DNA from: Octopus vulgaris
Lineage: Eukaryota
Assembly (NCBI GenBank): GCA_951406725.2
Contig: OX597819.1
Location: forward strand, 25,544,001 to 25,608,000
Length of the DNA: 64,000 nucleotides
Direction of reading: 5' to 3'
Shown: positions 39,320-53,712 of the stretch, piece by piece
Numbering within the stretch: position 1 is the stretch's first letter
How the letters are laid out: each line of letters opens with the position of its first letter
Notes under the pieces: generated by a model
Seen by the model: the letters and a program-made list of their open reading frames with translations, nothing else
The model's database searches: none
Told to the model about the DNA's origin: nothing
Program-made: the position numbers and the translations under genes

Positions 39320-39715
39320 TCTTTATATATAAAAGTGAGGTTGTGTGTCTGTCTCCTACGATTTAGATTCCTAACTACTCCCACATTTTGCGGTGCAGTT
39401 TAACCAAAACCAGGTATCTTATAGTCGTGATTCATGTCGAGCCCTTCTGGGTATTGCGCGCGTCTACGATGAGTCTACGATTTAAAAAAAAATTACCATC
39501 ATTTTTTCCATTTTAATGCATTTTTTCGCTATTATATAAGGGAAGTAACTCTCTAAAAATGTCTACGATGAGTCAACGATTTAAAAAAAAATTTATCATA
39601 ATTTTTTTTTCAATTTTTAATGCATTTATTTGCTATTTTTTGGCTATAACTCTCTGAAAATGCTTATATAGTTATTTCCCTTACAAACCCGAGCAACGCC
39701 GGGCGATACTGGTAG
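39320..39715 (+). mobile_element. Helitron family C, subtype 1
   Basis: A|TC start, hairpin, 3' end mutated to GTAG|T. Confidence 0.9.
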
Positions 39716-40069
39716 TCACCAATAATTTAAGACTATACTACATACTGTTTGGGGTGTCACGTATAATCATGTACAATCACACTGAAATTCAGAAAGGAGA
39801 TACAGCTCGGAGATCATTGAAATGGCCATTGTAGATTGGTGTACGTGTAAGGAAAAGTTGCGCAGATCGAAAGTTTGGATATATTGCACTATATTAACCT
39901 AAAGTTTCAGTTTATAGAATCAATATTAATATCTTATCTGCAAAACATCACGAGTTGATGCTAAGTAAAGAGACGGCATCCGCTTGAATACGAGTCTGCG
40001 AGTACAATCTGAAATAGAAATCCGAATGGGAGGACACGGAAGCTTCGTACTCAATGAATGCATATATAT

Positions 40070-40490
40070 CACAGAAATACACACACACACACTCACGAAT
40101 TCACACACAGACATACATAGAAACACACACACACATACAGACACACATAGAAACACACACACACGCTCATGAATACACACACACAGACACACATAGAAAC
40201 ACACACATACACACACACACTCACTAATACACACACAGACACACATAGAAACACACACACACGCTCATGAATACACACACATAGAAACACACACACACGC
40301 TCATGAATACACACACACAGACACACATAGAAACACACACACACACACACTCACTAATACACACACAGACACACATAGAAACACACACACACACACGCTC
40401 ATGAATACACACACACAGACACACATTCACGAATATACACACACACTCACGAATTCACACACACAGACACACATAGAAACACACACACCG
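40070..40490. repeat. CA-rich minisatellite (acacacagacacacatagaaac... units)
   Basis: Repeated 'cagacacacatagaaac' and 'cgctcatgaat' modules. Confidence 0.9.
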
Positions 40491-40799
40491 TTACTCTCTA
40501 TCTTTCTGTCTCACTCACATGCACGTATACCTATATGGGTATGTATGCGTGTGTACATATGACTAGTGGTGATCGAATGGTTAAGACGGATCAAGTAGAG
40601 GAAATTACTTTAGATCTATACTAATATCAATCTATCTTAACGAATGATGATTTGTAATAAATGAAGTGAAAAAATGCAAACCGTTGTATAGAATCTCTAT
40701 ATAAGAGTGACGATATATATATATAACATTAATAATGCAAGTACAAACAGGAACATCCTAGTTAAAGTATTACAGCTAGTGGCGTTCCAGGTCTGTATA

Positions 40800-41194
40800 T
40801 CTTTATATATAAAAGTGAAATTGTGTGTCTGTCTCCTACGATTTAGATTCCTAACTACTCCCACATTTTGCGGTGCAGTTTAATCAAAACCGGGTATCTT
40901 ATAGTCGTGATTCATATCGAGCCCTTCTGGGTATTAGTCTACGATGAGTCTACGATTTTAAAAAAATTACCATCATTTTTTCCATTTTAATGCATTTTTG
41001 TTCGCTATTATATAAGGAAGTAACTCTCTAAAAATGTCTATTAAATCTCAGAACGATTTAAAAAGCTACAGTAACACCCCCCCCCCCCCTTTGTGGTTAG
41101 CCATATTGAGATGGCTATTTTACTTTACATCTCTAAAAATGCTTATATAGTTATTTCCCTTACAAACCCGAGCAACGCCGGGTGATACTGCTAG
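40800..41194 (+). mobile_element. Helitron family C, subtype 2
   Basis: A|TC ... CTAG|T, alternative internal module. Confidence 0.9.
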
Positions 41195-41703
41195 TACATT
41201 ATAAATTTTATACGCGTTATTATTTTAATCTAATGCTATTTCAAGTGCGTTCAGGAATTTGTATTTTAGGTTATCACGATGATATGATCTAACGACATAT
41301 TTGTTAAAAGTACAAATTTTAGAGTTGAAGTATGGGCATGGTGAAATACAGATAGATCATTCAAGCAAATCGAATACTCTTCTACGCTGCTCGGAAATTG
41401 CATCATATAAAATTCTGTAATTTTTAGATGGTTACCATAGCAACCAAAGATGAGCGTAAAATTTAAAAAGAAATGAAGAAATAAATACTATCATACGGGA
41501 AGAGATGACATCTATTTGTTGTTTTAGATTGAGTTGCTATGCTGTAAATAGGTCAGAGAATGTTCAGTGAAAATGCAGTGTAGATCGTTAAATACACAAG
41601 AATTTGCAAAATACATTTATATATGGGCGTAATTATGCAAGTATGTATATGCATGTAAGTGTGTGTATATGTATGTATATATCTATCTATCTATTTATCT
41701 ATG

Positions 41704-41764
<61 letters not shown>

Positions 41765-41835
41765 CTACCTACCTCTCTCTCTCTCTCTCTCTTATATATA
41801 TATATATATATATATATATAGGCATATAATTATTA

Positions 41836-41886
<51 letters not shown>

Positions 41887-42155
41887 GTATATATATATAC
41901 GTTGATATATCTACATACATATATTATAAAATAATATATATGTAATATAAAATATATTATATATATGTATATATCAACAATTTTATATATATACACACAT
42001 ATACATATATATATATATTTATATATATGTATAAAATAAACATATATGTATGTATACATGTGCATATGTGTGTGTCATTGTATATATATATATGATACAC
42101 ACACACATATGTGTGTGAAAAATAATATTAATATATATATATATGTATATATATA

Positions 42156-42236
<81 letters not shown>

Positions 42237-43630
42237 TACGCACATATATATTTTATATACATATATACGCTACCACATACAGCTATAAATGTGTAAGTGT
42301 GTGTGTGTGTGTGTTTGAATGTGTGCTTGTGTATGTCTTTCTGAGTGTATGTGCATCTGCATATACAGAGATGCACACGTATGCAATATATTTTCCTTTT
42401 TGTACATGTATATGAATAATCATACGGTAATTGTCTCATATTTTCTCTTTGATAAATAAATACGAGTTCTTTTGCTTATTTCTTCGCCTTAAGAATTTCT
42501 GTCTTTTGCCTAATTTAGACGCGATTATCATCAAACAATACAAATGAGTTATAACTTGTCTGATTAGCATCAATTTTCGTCAAAGTTTGAAAAGCTTTAT
42601 AAGGTAATGCGACAAGAACAAAATAGCAAGTATGACAGAGATTAATTCGGAGGCGAGTCTCATCCCTATTGTCACTCGTTCTACTAAATTAGTAGTAAGC
42701 AAATTTCCCTCCTATTACAAACCTTGGACTTATAAAAGAAAAGATTTACCGAACAACGTCATAACTGACGTAAGAAACGATGGCATATTCACAGTCGGAA
42801 TCCGTTTGGCTCCTAGGTTTGTTCTGTCAGGACTGAAATGGGGCTAAGCACACACAAACAACAAAAAGTGCAACAAAACAACAGCTAAAAGCGAGGGTGT
42901 GATAAATATTTTCTCTTGCCTCAAATCCAGAAGACTCTGTCCATCTTGGGTTATACCCCATTCATTCTTACTAATACGTAAATCAGATTTACCATTCCTT
43001 TTTGAGGAATAGATCCATACTCGGTAACCAGCATTTGAGGCTTAGTCAACATGCTGCTGCCTTCTGTATTAAAGTTTCATTCTGAAAAGCTTTTATCTAT
43101 TCAGAGGGGAATTCACACTTACCAACAGTCATTTCTGTCTTCTGGATATCGGCAATAACGACATTTATTTACTCCAGCTCAAAGCCCCTCTTACTTATTC
43201 TTCTGTTGAAGTTCTGCTACACAGAGACGAAACCTTTCAGGCTGCGAAATGGCAGGATCATTAGAGTGTTCAATAGAGTATCTCACGATATTTGTTCCGA
43301 GTGTCTGCAACTAGTGTTCAAGTACCGCTGGAATCGATAAAAAGTACAAATAGCTTGGGCAGAAAAGATGGATCGGCCAAATTGTGAGAACTTCAGACTG
43401 GGTGTATTGACGTATTTGCTTCTGCACTTTGTATTCAAAGTTCAAGTCCTGCATAGCCTACATGGGTTGCACACCTAATCTGTCACGTGGTTTAACATCG
43501 CCACCTGGGAACTTGAATTTCTTTAGCGGAGTTCGTTCTGTTGCAAGCATTCGGTTTATGTCTTCGGGTTGTTGATATTTTCTTCCCTTACTCGCTATCG
43601 CTTTTCTTTCTTTCGCACTCACACACACAC

Positions 43631-43685
<55 letters not shown>

Positions 43686-44782
43686 GACACAAACACACAC
43701 ACGCATGTCTCTCTACCACATGTTTCGGGGACATTATAAATAGTCATGGAAACTGCCTTCCCCACTGACTAAAACGATAAAAGAAGTCCGTTTACCTTTC
43801 TGGAAAATCTATCACCCACCTGCTCCTGCGTCCCTGTATAACGTCCTATATTGAGAACATCTATCTCATCTCAGTTATCCAAGAAAACATTATCCAGGAA
43901 TTAGGAACTGCAATAGCCACTTGTACACTAACAGCGTTGCTACAGACAGCAAATCGTTTGCCATTCTGAATTGTGAGGCCAATTAATATTCATACACACA
44001 AATATCATTGACTAACAACCAGCACTCTAGAAACCCATACCTTTTTTTCTAAAATATCACCATCTCTCCATACATCGCATCATGTCTACTACCAAATCAA
44101 GGTAAGACAATACAACACATTCTCTTAACGAAGCGTCTGATAATTTATGTTAAATAAGTGGCCAGACCTCCAGCAATTTTATGTCGACTATCGTGACAGA
44201 TAAATGAACTTTACGTCATACACAACCAAATGCCTAAGCAGGTATCTAACTCTATTACTATAAAAATGTCTCAGCATACTTCTTTGACAATTTGAGCAGA
44301 CAGCTTAGTGTTGGGAATGCACAAATTTCATAAGATAAGAATTGCCAAGTTATTTAGTGTGGCAACAGAAATTTGTTTCAGAAACTTACCCTATGTTGTC
44401 TTGCACTGCGTCCTTAAACACTTGGTGGATTCGTAGGGACACTATTGTGGCATATAGTGTGTCTTGGGTATTCATTTATCTATAACGGAGCTCATTCGAC
44501 TTCTGATTTCATCATAGCCGATATTTCCCAGAAAGTGAAGAATGCAGATATAAAGAAAACGTGAAGAAACAGAAATATTGATTCCAGTAGGGGACTGGTA
44601 CTTTATCAGTCTCAGTAGGAGTAGGATGAAATGTTAAAGATTCGACCTCAGAGAGTAAACCTTCAAAACAATTACGCAAAGCAATCTATCCGACATCCTA
44701 ATGATTCTCTTAAATGCGTTTGAAAGAACTTTTAAAAGTACACTACAGCGAACACAAATCAAAACATTTCGTAAATGAACAT

Positions 44783-44875
44783 ATTGAACATTTATTTATA
44801 TGCACGTAAGTGTTAACATTTATTTATATGCACGTAATTGTTAACATTTATTTATATGAACGTAATTGTTAACAT
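44783..44875. repeat. 28-bp tandem repeat, about 3.3 copies
   Basis: tgttaacatttatttatatgcacgtaa(g/t) repeated. Confidence 0.9.
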
Positions 44876-46174
44876 GTATGTATTTTTTTAATAAGTCGGG
44901 GAAGGAAGGAATGACAGTATCCGAGAACTTTGCATGGTTTCCCAGACCGAGATTCAGGCAGATGAAGCCAAGCTTGTATAGCTACAGGTAAAGACTTACA
45001 GAAAACCATGGACTAACGGAAAACTTACGGTGTAGGCGTCATGCTTGGTACAATGTGAATTCTATTTATGACCCCACCAAATACCAGATGGTTGTGTTAA
45101 ACTATGCAGTGTGTTAAGCCTACAAGCCAAAAGCCAGACTTTCTACTCACACATTTATAATACAAATTAATATTTCCTGTTTAGTTACCAATGCTTAGAT
45201 TATTTTCTAATTTTCACCAGGATTCAGAATTGTTCTAGGAATCTAATTAAAATTATGGATGTAATTAATCTACGCAGTTATTTATCATTGACTACCACCA
45301 TTAGTTTATGATTTGATTGCTTTCTTACAAATAAATTAATTGAGCAATTTTTGGTATGCTGTTATTTATAATTCTTATTTAATTTCTTATGGCCACAATT
45401 TCAATAATTTAATTTCGCTATTTTTATTTAATTCAATATTGAAATAAATTTCAATTTAATTTCTGCGTTAAAAAAATCCCAAAACTTTCTTTTTACTATG
45501 AAAGCAATAAAATTTAATTCATCCAGAAGACAAAAAAAAAAAAAACAATAAAAAAGTTTCCACCATTTTGGAAAATAATTCTATTCAATAAGTGTCAGCT
45601 ATTCTCAGAAGAATATAACACAAATATTATGTAATTTTTTAGTTTAGAATTAAAAAAAAGAACAACTTGCTGATGCGTAATATTTTGTTATCTCTGAAAA
45701 TAAATTTTTTTTGTAATTATGTTTTCTGATTTAGATACGAAGCCAGTAGGATGGAAGTAGACGATAAGTTCGATTTCTGCGCTATACTATTATTTTCACC
45801 CCCAGAGGAATAGGAATGAAAGTGAAAGTGTATATGGATGAGAAGTGAAGTTATTTATTTGTAATGAAATAATACAAATATTGAGAGATTTAAAAAAAAT
45901 ACCTAATTTATAAATACATTACTGTGAATACATTCACTTGTTGATATTTATTAATCCATGATCTATATATGAGAATTCTTTTGATAAATATTCCACTCGA
46001 TGTGCGGTAAACAGTAAAATAAATAATGTCTCTACTAAAGCACATATAACATATAGATATTATTTTGCGAAATTATCTATATAATTATGGCAGTTTCAGT
46101 TTATATTGAAATATGGCGTAAATTAATCTTATTTACCTCTTTAAACTTTCACAATAAAGAGAGGAACACAAAAC

Positions 46175-46248
46175 GAATATATTTTATCCTATTTATCCAA
46201 ATAATATTCACTAGATAACTATTTGGATAAGTAGGATAAAATACATTC
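46175..46248. repeat. 29-bp inverted repeat with 16-nt loop
   Basis: Arms 46175-46203 and 46220-46248, 27 of 29 Watson-Crick pairs. Confidence 0.9.
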
Positions 46249-46979
46249 ATTGAGGTGCCGATTCTTCAGGCAGAACAGGCTGAGATGGAAATTATTCAGG
46301 TAGACATTTATGGGGTTGCTATTTTTCAAATGACCCATTTATTGTTTAGTAAATCAATACAAAAGAACGATATGATCGATACGGTCAAGTATTCTTCTTG
46401 AATTCTAAGCAAAATGAAGGATGGAGAAAAACAAAGGCAGGGTGAGATTTCTAGAGTAGCAAAGTCTGGGGAACACGGACAATGTATAATGATTACAAAT
46501 CTCAGAGTCAACAACGGCTGGATTTAATGTGAGAACGTGGAAAGAGAGGTAAACGTTTTAGCCTTTAGTTCGGGAATCATGAAATACTAAATATTCTTTT
46601 CTAATACAGACATAAATTCCCGATTTTGGAATCCAGTCTAGAGATTCCATTATTGAGGGCTTACGTCTCCTTTCTCCAGGAAAAGTTTCATGTATTGGTA
46701 AACAGGAACGGTGTTGGAGAGCATAAATATTAAAGTTGTAAGTTGAGCAAACGTAGCTGACAGAGGAGATTGGAAGCCATCTGAATCCTGGAAAAGAATT
46801 ACATTATCATGATGATTCACTCCAGTATCAAAATACTGGCGTCATGACGACTGCTCAAAGCTCTATGAACACTCTAAAGGCTACAGTACGACGTGACATG
46901 GACAACTGCCACTCAGACCTCAAGCCATGGTAAGTTGTAAGGGACACGCCAAGCATTCTGATTACATTCACACGTCGGA

Positions 46980-47410
46980 GATCATCCCCACATCTTTGAG
47001 TAGGGTTTTAGGATCAAATAACACAGCTATGGGAAGTTGCTGGAGACTGTAGTGCAACCCTGACCAGAGGGCATCGCTGATGTAAAGCCATATGCGTGGC
47101 AGTAGGATTCAGTTCCTTGCAATACCTCCGGAACAAGTCTGAGGTGGGTGGCTGCCGGAACATTTCGACGACTTCGCAAGCACCAATTTTTGGCTCCTAA
47201 TTCTCCCAATTGCAATCATATAGATTACTATGTATGGAGCGCCTGCTACACCAAGGCCGAGCTAGTGTCCATGATCAAGGAGGCGTTCGAAGACCATCTC
47301 ATGGACGCAGTGAGGAATGCGTGTGTCAGGTTCCAAAGCCGTCTTGAGGCTGCGATCGAGCAGAGTAAACTGTTGTATTTCAACCACAATCATATTGATA
47401 TTTAGAATAA
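46980..47410 (+). pseudogene. Second maT-like transposase relic
   Basis: PHIFE*G...LLETVVQP...KPYAWQ*DSVPCNTS...APNSPNCNHIDYYVWS...TKAELVSMIKEAF...NACVRFQSRLEAAIE with stops and frameshifts. Homologous to 8479-9260 at protein level. Confidence 0.8.
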
Positions 47411-47639
47411 AATTGAATACTTTTATTGGTGGGTGAGATATTGTATGTTTTTCTTTTCGTGCAAACTGTCAAATTCACCCCCAAAATTCTACATTTTATC
47501 GAAACTAGAAGAATTAAAGGAAAAGTCGATTTTACTTCAGGATTTTAACATTTAGATTTAAACTGACAACGTAAAAATGTATTGACCTAAATACTTTTTT
47601 TTCTTTGGTTTAGTCTAAAAGAAAGTGTTGTATCCAATG

Positions 47640-47990
47640 CTTTCTGAGATGCTCCGTGATTGGTGGTATCGAATTGGTTAATGACACCATAGCTGTAGGT
47701 TGACAGCTGCATAAAGAACATAGTCTAAGGAGAGAATTTCCAGAAGGCCAATGAGGGTGGAATGGGTGAAACAGTTTATGTAGGGTGTGAAGAAGACACA
47801 ATACAGATGATAAGAAGAGTAGAGAGACTAATAAACGCAGACAGCTTAATTAGAGGTGGCACAATATTAGCCAATGTCCGACAGTCAGAGATCAACGTAA
47901 TCGTCGTCTTAAAGGCTGGACGAGAAGATAACACGATATTGTGTAGCAGAATTTTCATAGCATTTGTGTGCAAAATTATGACAGTCAGTT
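47640..47990 (-). mobile_element. Highly degenerate CR1/L2-group LINE C-terminus
   Basis: Fragments LANIVPPLI, YHLYCV, NSL and AVNLQ occur in the expected order across frames. Confidence 0.4.
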
Positions 47991-48443
47991 AGGTGGCCAT
48001 TTTTATTTATTACACATTCAACTACTTCTGTCGTCTAGTGACATATATCAAAAAATATTGCAATGTTCCTTCACAATATAAAGCTACATTCACGTCTCTC
48101 GTGTGAATAGTTGAAAAATGAGATTGGCTTCTCTTAGAATGACTTTTGGATGTGTTTTTCTTTCAATATAAATATTTGATTACTAGTGCATACAAGTTTC
48201 TGACAGTGAATATATATTAATAATTCCAATCAAAGATATGAAATAAAGAATCCAAAATAGTTCAGATGTGATTTTAAAAAATAGTGCTGAAATAATTAAT
48301 CAATATTTCATATATACATACTTATATGCGTACAGACACATACATACATAATCGCATGCATATATGCATGTATATACATATATACACACATTCACATACA
48401 TATATATACATATATTTATATATTTATATATTTATACAAACAC

Positions 48444-48481
<38 letters not shown>

Positions 48482-48493
48482 TTAAAAATACAT

Positions 48494-48540
<47 letters not shown>

Positions 48541-48686
48541 CATAGACTTACACACACACACACATAAAAACACCCACACCCACAATCACACAAAAAAATG
48601 GCATAGACAGAGAGACAGGGATATATGTATGCTTGTCCAATATAGAATTAAACATGGATAACAACCTAGTGTTATCTACCGAAACA

Positions 48687-48919
48687 GGCGGCGAGCTGGC
48701 AGAAACGTTAGCACGTCGGGCGAAATGCTTAGCGGTATTTCGTCTGCCGTTACGTTGTGAGTTCAAATTCCACCGAGGTCGACTTTGCCTTTCATCCTTT
48801 CGGGGTCGATAAATTAAGTACGAGCTACGTACTGGGGTCGATGTAATCGACTTAATACCTATGTCTGTCCTTGTTTGTCCCTTCTATGTTTAGCCCCTTG
48901 TGGGTAATAAAAAAAAATA
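48687..48919 (+). mobile_element. SINE family B, full length
   Basis: 16-bp TSD gttatctaccgaaaca at 48671-48686 and 48920-48935. Confidence 0.92.
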
Positions 48920-49149
48920 GTTATCTACCGAAACAACGGCTGTAAATTTTAAGTCCCATTTGTGTTATTTATTATACCTACGCCGTATCTGGAACCAGTC
49001 CTGAATTTACTGCCTAAATTGGATTTGGCATTTACATAACTATATTATCTTACCAACAACTTATAACTCCATGGCTGTTTTACATTACTGTGAGAGATAT
49101 GTTATATATATGTATATATATATACTTTTAATAAAGTATCAATATTGTT

Positions 49150-49496
49150 TTTTACTCTAGGAACAAGGCCCGAAATTTTGGGGTAGGGGGCCAGTCGATT
49201 AGATCGACCCCAGTACGGAACAGGTAGTTAATTTATCGACCTCGAAAGTATGAGAGGTAAAACAGACGAAATACCTATTTTTTTACTACCCACAAGGGGC
49301 TAAACACAGAGAGGAAAAACAAGGACAGACAAACGGATTATGACGATTATATCTACTCCACTGGCACTTATTTAATCGACCCCGAAAGGATGAAAGGTAA
49401 AGTCGACCTCGGCGGAGTTTGAACTCAGAGCGTAACGGCAGACGAAATACCGCTAAGCATTTCGCCCGGCGTGCTAACGATTCTGCCAGCTCGCCG
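49150..49496 (-). mobile_element. SINE family B tandem dimer
   Basis: Full unit 49275-49496 followed by a 5'-truncated, internally deleted alternative-tail unit. Junction 'gacgaaatacctattt'. Confidence 0.8.
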
Positions 49497-50147
49497 ACTT
49501 CAAAGGATTTTATTTCTACCAACAGCAAACTGGTTCGATTTCATCAGGAGGTGAAATGGAATTATTCCATGAAGGAAATATTGGTCTCTGCTTCAAATTA
49601 TTCTTCTTGCATGGTTAACATTCTATGCTTGTGTAAGAGGTGATTGTTTTCTTCGTTTTTAAATTCAGGTGTGTATAAACATGCTCACAGAGAAAAATAT
49701 ACACACAACATACACAAACAGACATACGGCTGCATAATATTTCGCACAAACATCCACACACTCAGACACGCACCCACGTAGTATCATCACATGGTCGGCA
49801 ACAAAACACGGCGTAACGGTGAGTGAAGTCTCAGATCACATAATGGTTTCCAATTGAGGCATAATGCAAAGAGTTTTGAGGGGATGGGATGAGTCGATAC
49901 AGTCGACTTCAATACATGACTAATGATATATTCCTTATCGATCCTAGCGCCATGAAAGGCTGCGTTGACATCAGCAGAATTTGCATTCAGAACTTAGAAG
50001 GGTAGGAGAAACACAACAAAAAATATATATTTGTTTGTGACAGATTTCTGGCATCCTGCTCCTAAAGGCATATGAATGTGTGCGTACACAATACACACAC
50101 ATATATAAGGCTTATATATATATGAATATATGAATGCGTGTGTGTGA

Positions 50148-50216
<69 letters not shown>

Positions 50217-50773
50217 TTAAATAAAAAATAAAAAATTAAAAATTAATATTTAACATTATAATCGATTGTCATAATCGTTAAGCTTCTTGTTTGATAATAG
50301 AGTTTTTTAAAAGAAAAAAATATTTTTTTCTTTATTTCTTAAAAAATATTGTTTAAATATTTCTGATTATTTATTTAAATATTTTAATTCACCTAAATAT
50401 TGACTATAATGATTATTAGAATTATTAATTGAATTTAAATTATTGTGATTCGAATTGGTTAATGGGCATGAAACGATCGTAGTGGTTTTACTCTTTATCG
50501 TATATTAAACTTTTAATACATTTTGATATTTATATTTAAAAAATAAATAATTAAATAAATAAATAATAAAAAAAAAATATATTTAAAAATTTATAAGTAT
50601 AAATTATTAATTTAAATAATTTTTAAATTTTAACTTTTTTTAAATATTTAAAATTTTGAATTTTAAATTTTATATACTTTTTATATATTTTTTATTAATT
50701 AATTTTATTTCTATGTATTGGTTTATGATTTTCACTGTTTGATTTGCCTAATAGTGGTCTTATCTCTAATTTA

Positions 50774-50802
<29 letters not shown>

Positions 50803-50804
<2 letters not shown>

Positions 50805-50873
50805 TCCAGGTGGTGCTATTAAGTTAGACATGGCCTGGGCCAATAATGGCCGAAACCTATCAAAGTATCAAAG

Positions 50874-50877
<4 letters not shown>
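50803..50877 (+). mobile_element. CR1-group LINE 3' stub within (TA)n
   Basis: Stem-loop ggcca-ataa-tggcc followed by (tatcaaag)2 tail. Overlaps in sequence with the end of 5510-5745. Confidence 0.55.
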
Positions 50878-50905
<28 letters not shown>

Positions 50906-50985
50906 TACACACAAATTCATAGGTATACATATATGTATATGTATGTATGCTTCTATATATCTATCATGTGCCTTTAGTAGAGAGG

Positions 50986-51042
<57 letters not shown>

Positions 51043-51540
51043 GAGGGAGAGATCAGTGCATACTATTACAGTAACACTGGATTACAAATATACACATCAT
51101 GACTATCCGTCTGATAAGGGTACACCAGGCACATGCATCACCACCATTTGTGCGCGACATAGTGATCTCATATAAAGATAAACAACGCATAACCTTGAAG
51201 GTGAGGACCAGTTAAAACTTTCTGCAGGTCGAGTAGCCCATCCCGGTCCAAAGAATAAGAGTTGTTTCAGGATCCTGAACGAAACATCCATGCTTTCAGA
51301 TGTGAATTATTCAAATCCCCCCAAATTCATTCCAATACACTACTTCTGCTCGTGATCAGAGATGCACACATCGTCAGCCTCTAAGAGACATGCTCAGCTG
51401 ATTAAGGTCAAACAACTGACTATTAACTTTATTGAGGAGAATATTTGCTGCAGCACATCTTTTTATACGATGACAAATCAAGTACATAATAACACTTCCA
51501 ATCACTTAGGACCAGAAACCATTAGAGCCAGTGCCTGATA
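51043..51540 (-). mobile_element. Family G element flanked on both sides by (TTA)n
   Basis: Homologous to 1-343. (TTA)n at about 50986-51042 and from 51541. Confidence 0.85.
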
Positions 51541-51550
51541 TTATTATTAC

Positions 51551-51612
<62 letters not shown>

Positions 51613-51647
51613 TTATTTTATTATTATTATTATTATTATTGTTATTA

Positions 51648-51732
<85 letters not shown>

Positions 51733-51904
51733 CGTTATTATTATTATTATTATCATTATCATCATTATTATTATCATCATTATTATATATTTGTTATTAT
51801 CATTATCATCATTATTATTATTATCATTATTATTTTTATTGTTGTTGTGGTTTTGTTATTATTATTCCAATTATTATTATTGTTGATATTATCATTATCA
51901 TTAC

Positions 51905-51941
<37 letters not shown>

Positions 51942-52000
51942 GTTGTTGTTGTTGCTGTTTTTTTTTTGTTGTGGCTGCTGTTGTTGTTGTTGTTGTTATT
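51541..52000. repeat. Long imperfect (TTA)n/(TCA)n/(TTG)n array
   Basis: Direct reading. Confidence 0.97.
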
Positions 52001-52546
52001 GAATAAGTGAGCCGTACATGCCTCAAAGTGACACTGGGGCAAAAAATACGAAGCCCAGTTTACCAATCATGACTACCCATCTGATAAGGGTACACTAGGC
52101 ACATGTATCACAACCACATGTGCGCGACATGAAGATCTCATATCAAGATAGACAACACATGATTTTGCAGTTGGGGCCCTGTTAGAATTTTATACATGTA
52201 GAAAAGCCCATCTCATTCAAAATGTCCCTGAATAAGGGTTGTTTAAGAATGTTGAACGAAACACCCATGTTTCCAGAGGTGAATTATCCAAACCCCGCAA
52301 AATTCCTCTCAACACATTGCAATGATGCTCGCCCACTACTTCTGCTCATGATCAGAGATGCATATAACGTCGGCCACTATGGGACATGCTCAACTGGTTA
52401 AGGTCAAACAAGTGACAAGCAAACCTGAGGTATTGAGCAGAATATTTGCTGTAGCCCATCTTTTATACCAAGACAAAACAATGTACATGATAACACTTTC
52501 AATCAATTAACATCCGCAGCCATGAGAGCCACTGTCTATTACTGCA
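52001..52546 (-). mobile_element. Family G element, second copy in the same array
   Basis: Nearly the same termini as 51043-51540, followed by (TCA/TTA)n. Confidence 0.85.
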
Positions 52547-52980
52547 TTATCATAATTATTATCATGATCATCATCATCATTATTATTATTATTATTATTC
52601 TATCCCGATATGCCGAGATCGAGACATTGACTCTTTGTTGCCAGTTATAAAAGAAAGAGTGAATGGCTTTTACTTGCAATAAAATCCATCCAAAGCATTC
52701 AATGTTGTAACTGATAATTTCCAGACGACAGTAATCTCTGTGATATTTGTTGTCATAAATACCCTGGCTATTATTTTAATCGCTATTTGCATTTGATTCT
52801 TGTTTTCAACATTATTATCGTATTTTTTTCAAATTCACCATTTCTCTGCAATGCTATTCAATGTGATGATGGTATGCATTATATTCCAAGGAAGCTCCTA
52901 ACTACAACCGAGTAAAACAGAATTTTTTCTAAATAACCAATTAATTATCAGTTTAGGAAAAAAATGTCCTATAACTTCTC

Positions 52981-53027
<47 letters not shown>

Positions 53028-53345
53028 CACATTTAATATTAAATCTGAAACCAAACGGAAAAAAAATCACAAGCAATTAACATACAAATATCAACTGCCT
53101 TTTCTTTATGTATCAAAACGATGCCTGTATTAAAATGATATTTAAATCTCAAAGAAAGCACTATCAGAAACAAAAGAAGAAATGGTTATATTTAAGACTT
53201 GTCAATAATGGAAAATTTAAACGTAAATGCGTCTTATAATGTTAAATAGCCTTAGGTAGAAACACATTAAATTCAAATACCTAAACACCGTGTATTTTGT
53301 AGCCCATTTGCAGTTTATTGCACTGATTTCCTAATGGATGGTGTG

Positions 53346-53421
<76 letters not shown>

Positions 53422-53448
53422 TTAATAATAATAATAATAATAATAATT

Positions 53449-53515
<67 letters not shown>

Positions 53516-53597
53516 TAATAATAATAATGACGATGATAATGACGATCAGGAGGTTGATGACAAGGAGGAAGTGGATAATGATAATAATAATAATAAA
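53346..53597. repeat. (CTA)n then (TAA)n compound microsatellite
   Basis: Direct reading. Confidence 0.97.
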
Positions 53598-53712
53598 ATG
53601 TTAACAACCCTCTCATGTTAAATGGTGACATTAATTTGAGAAAATAGCATTTATAAGTTTTTAAAACGTCATAATTGTTTTAATATTCATCAATAACATC
53701 GCAAAGAACTTT

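Noticed and set aside
42920-44300. Possible LINE endonuclease or RT remnants (NVVIADIQKT, GDIINSHGNC)
   Set aside because: Only isolated weak motifs, not supportable by eye.
50830-50856. cctg-ggccaataatggcc-gaaac as a hammerhead
   Set aside because: No CTGANGA core. Better explained as the 3' stem-loop of a CR1-group LINE before its tandem tail.
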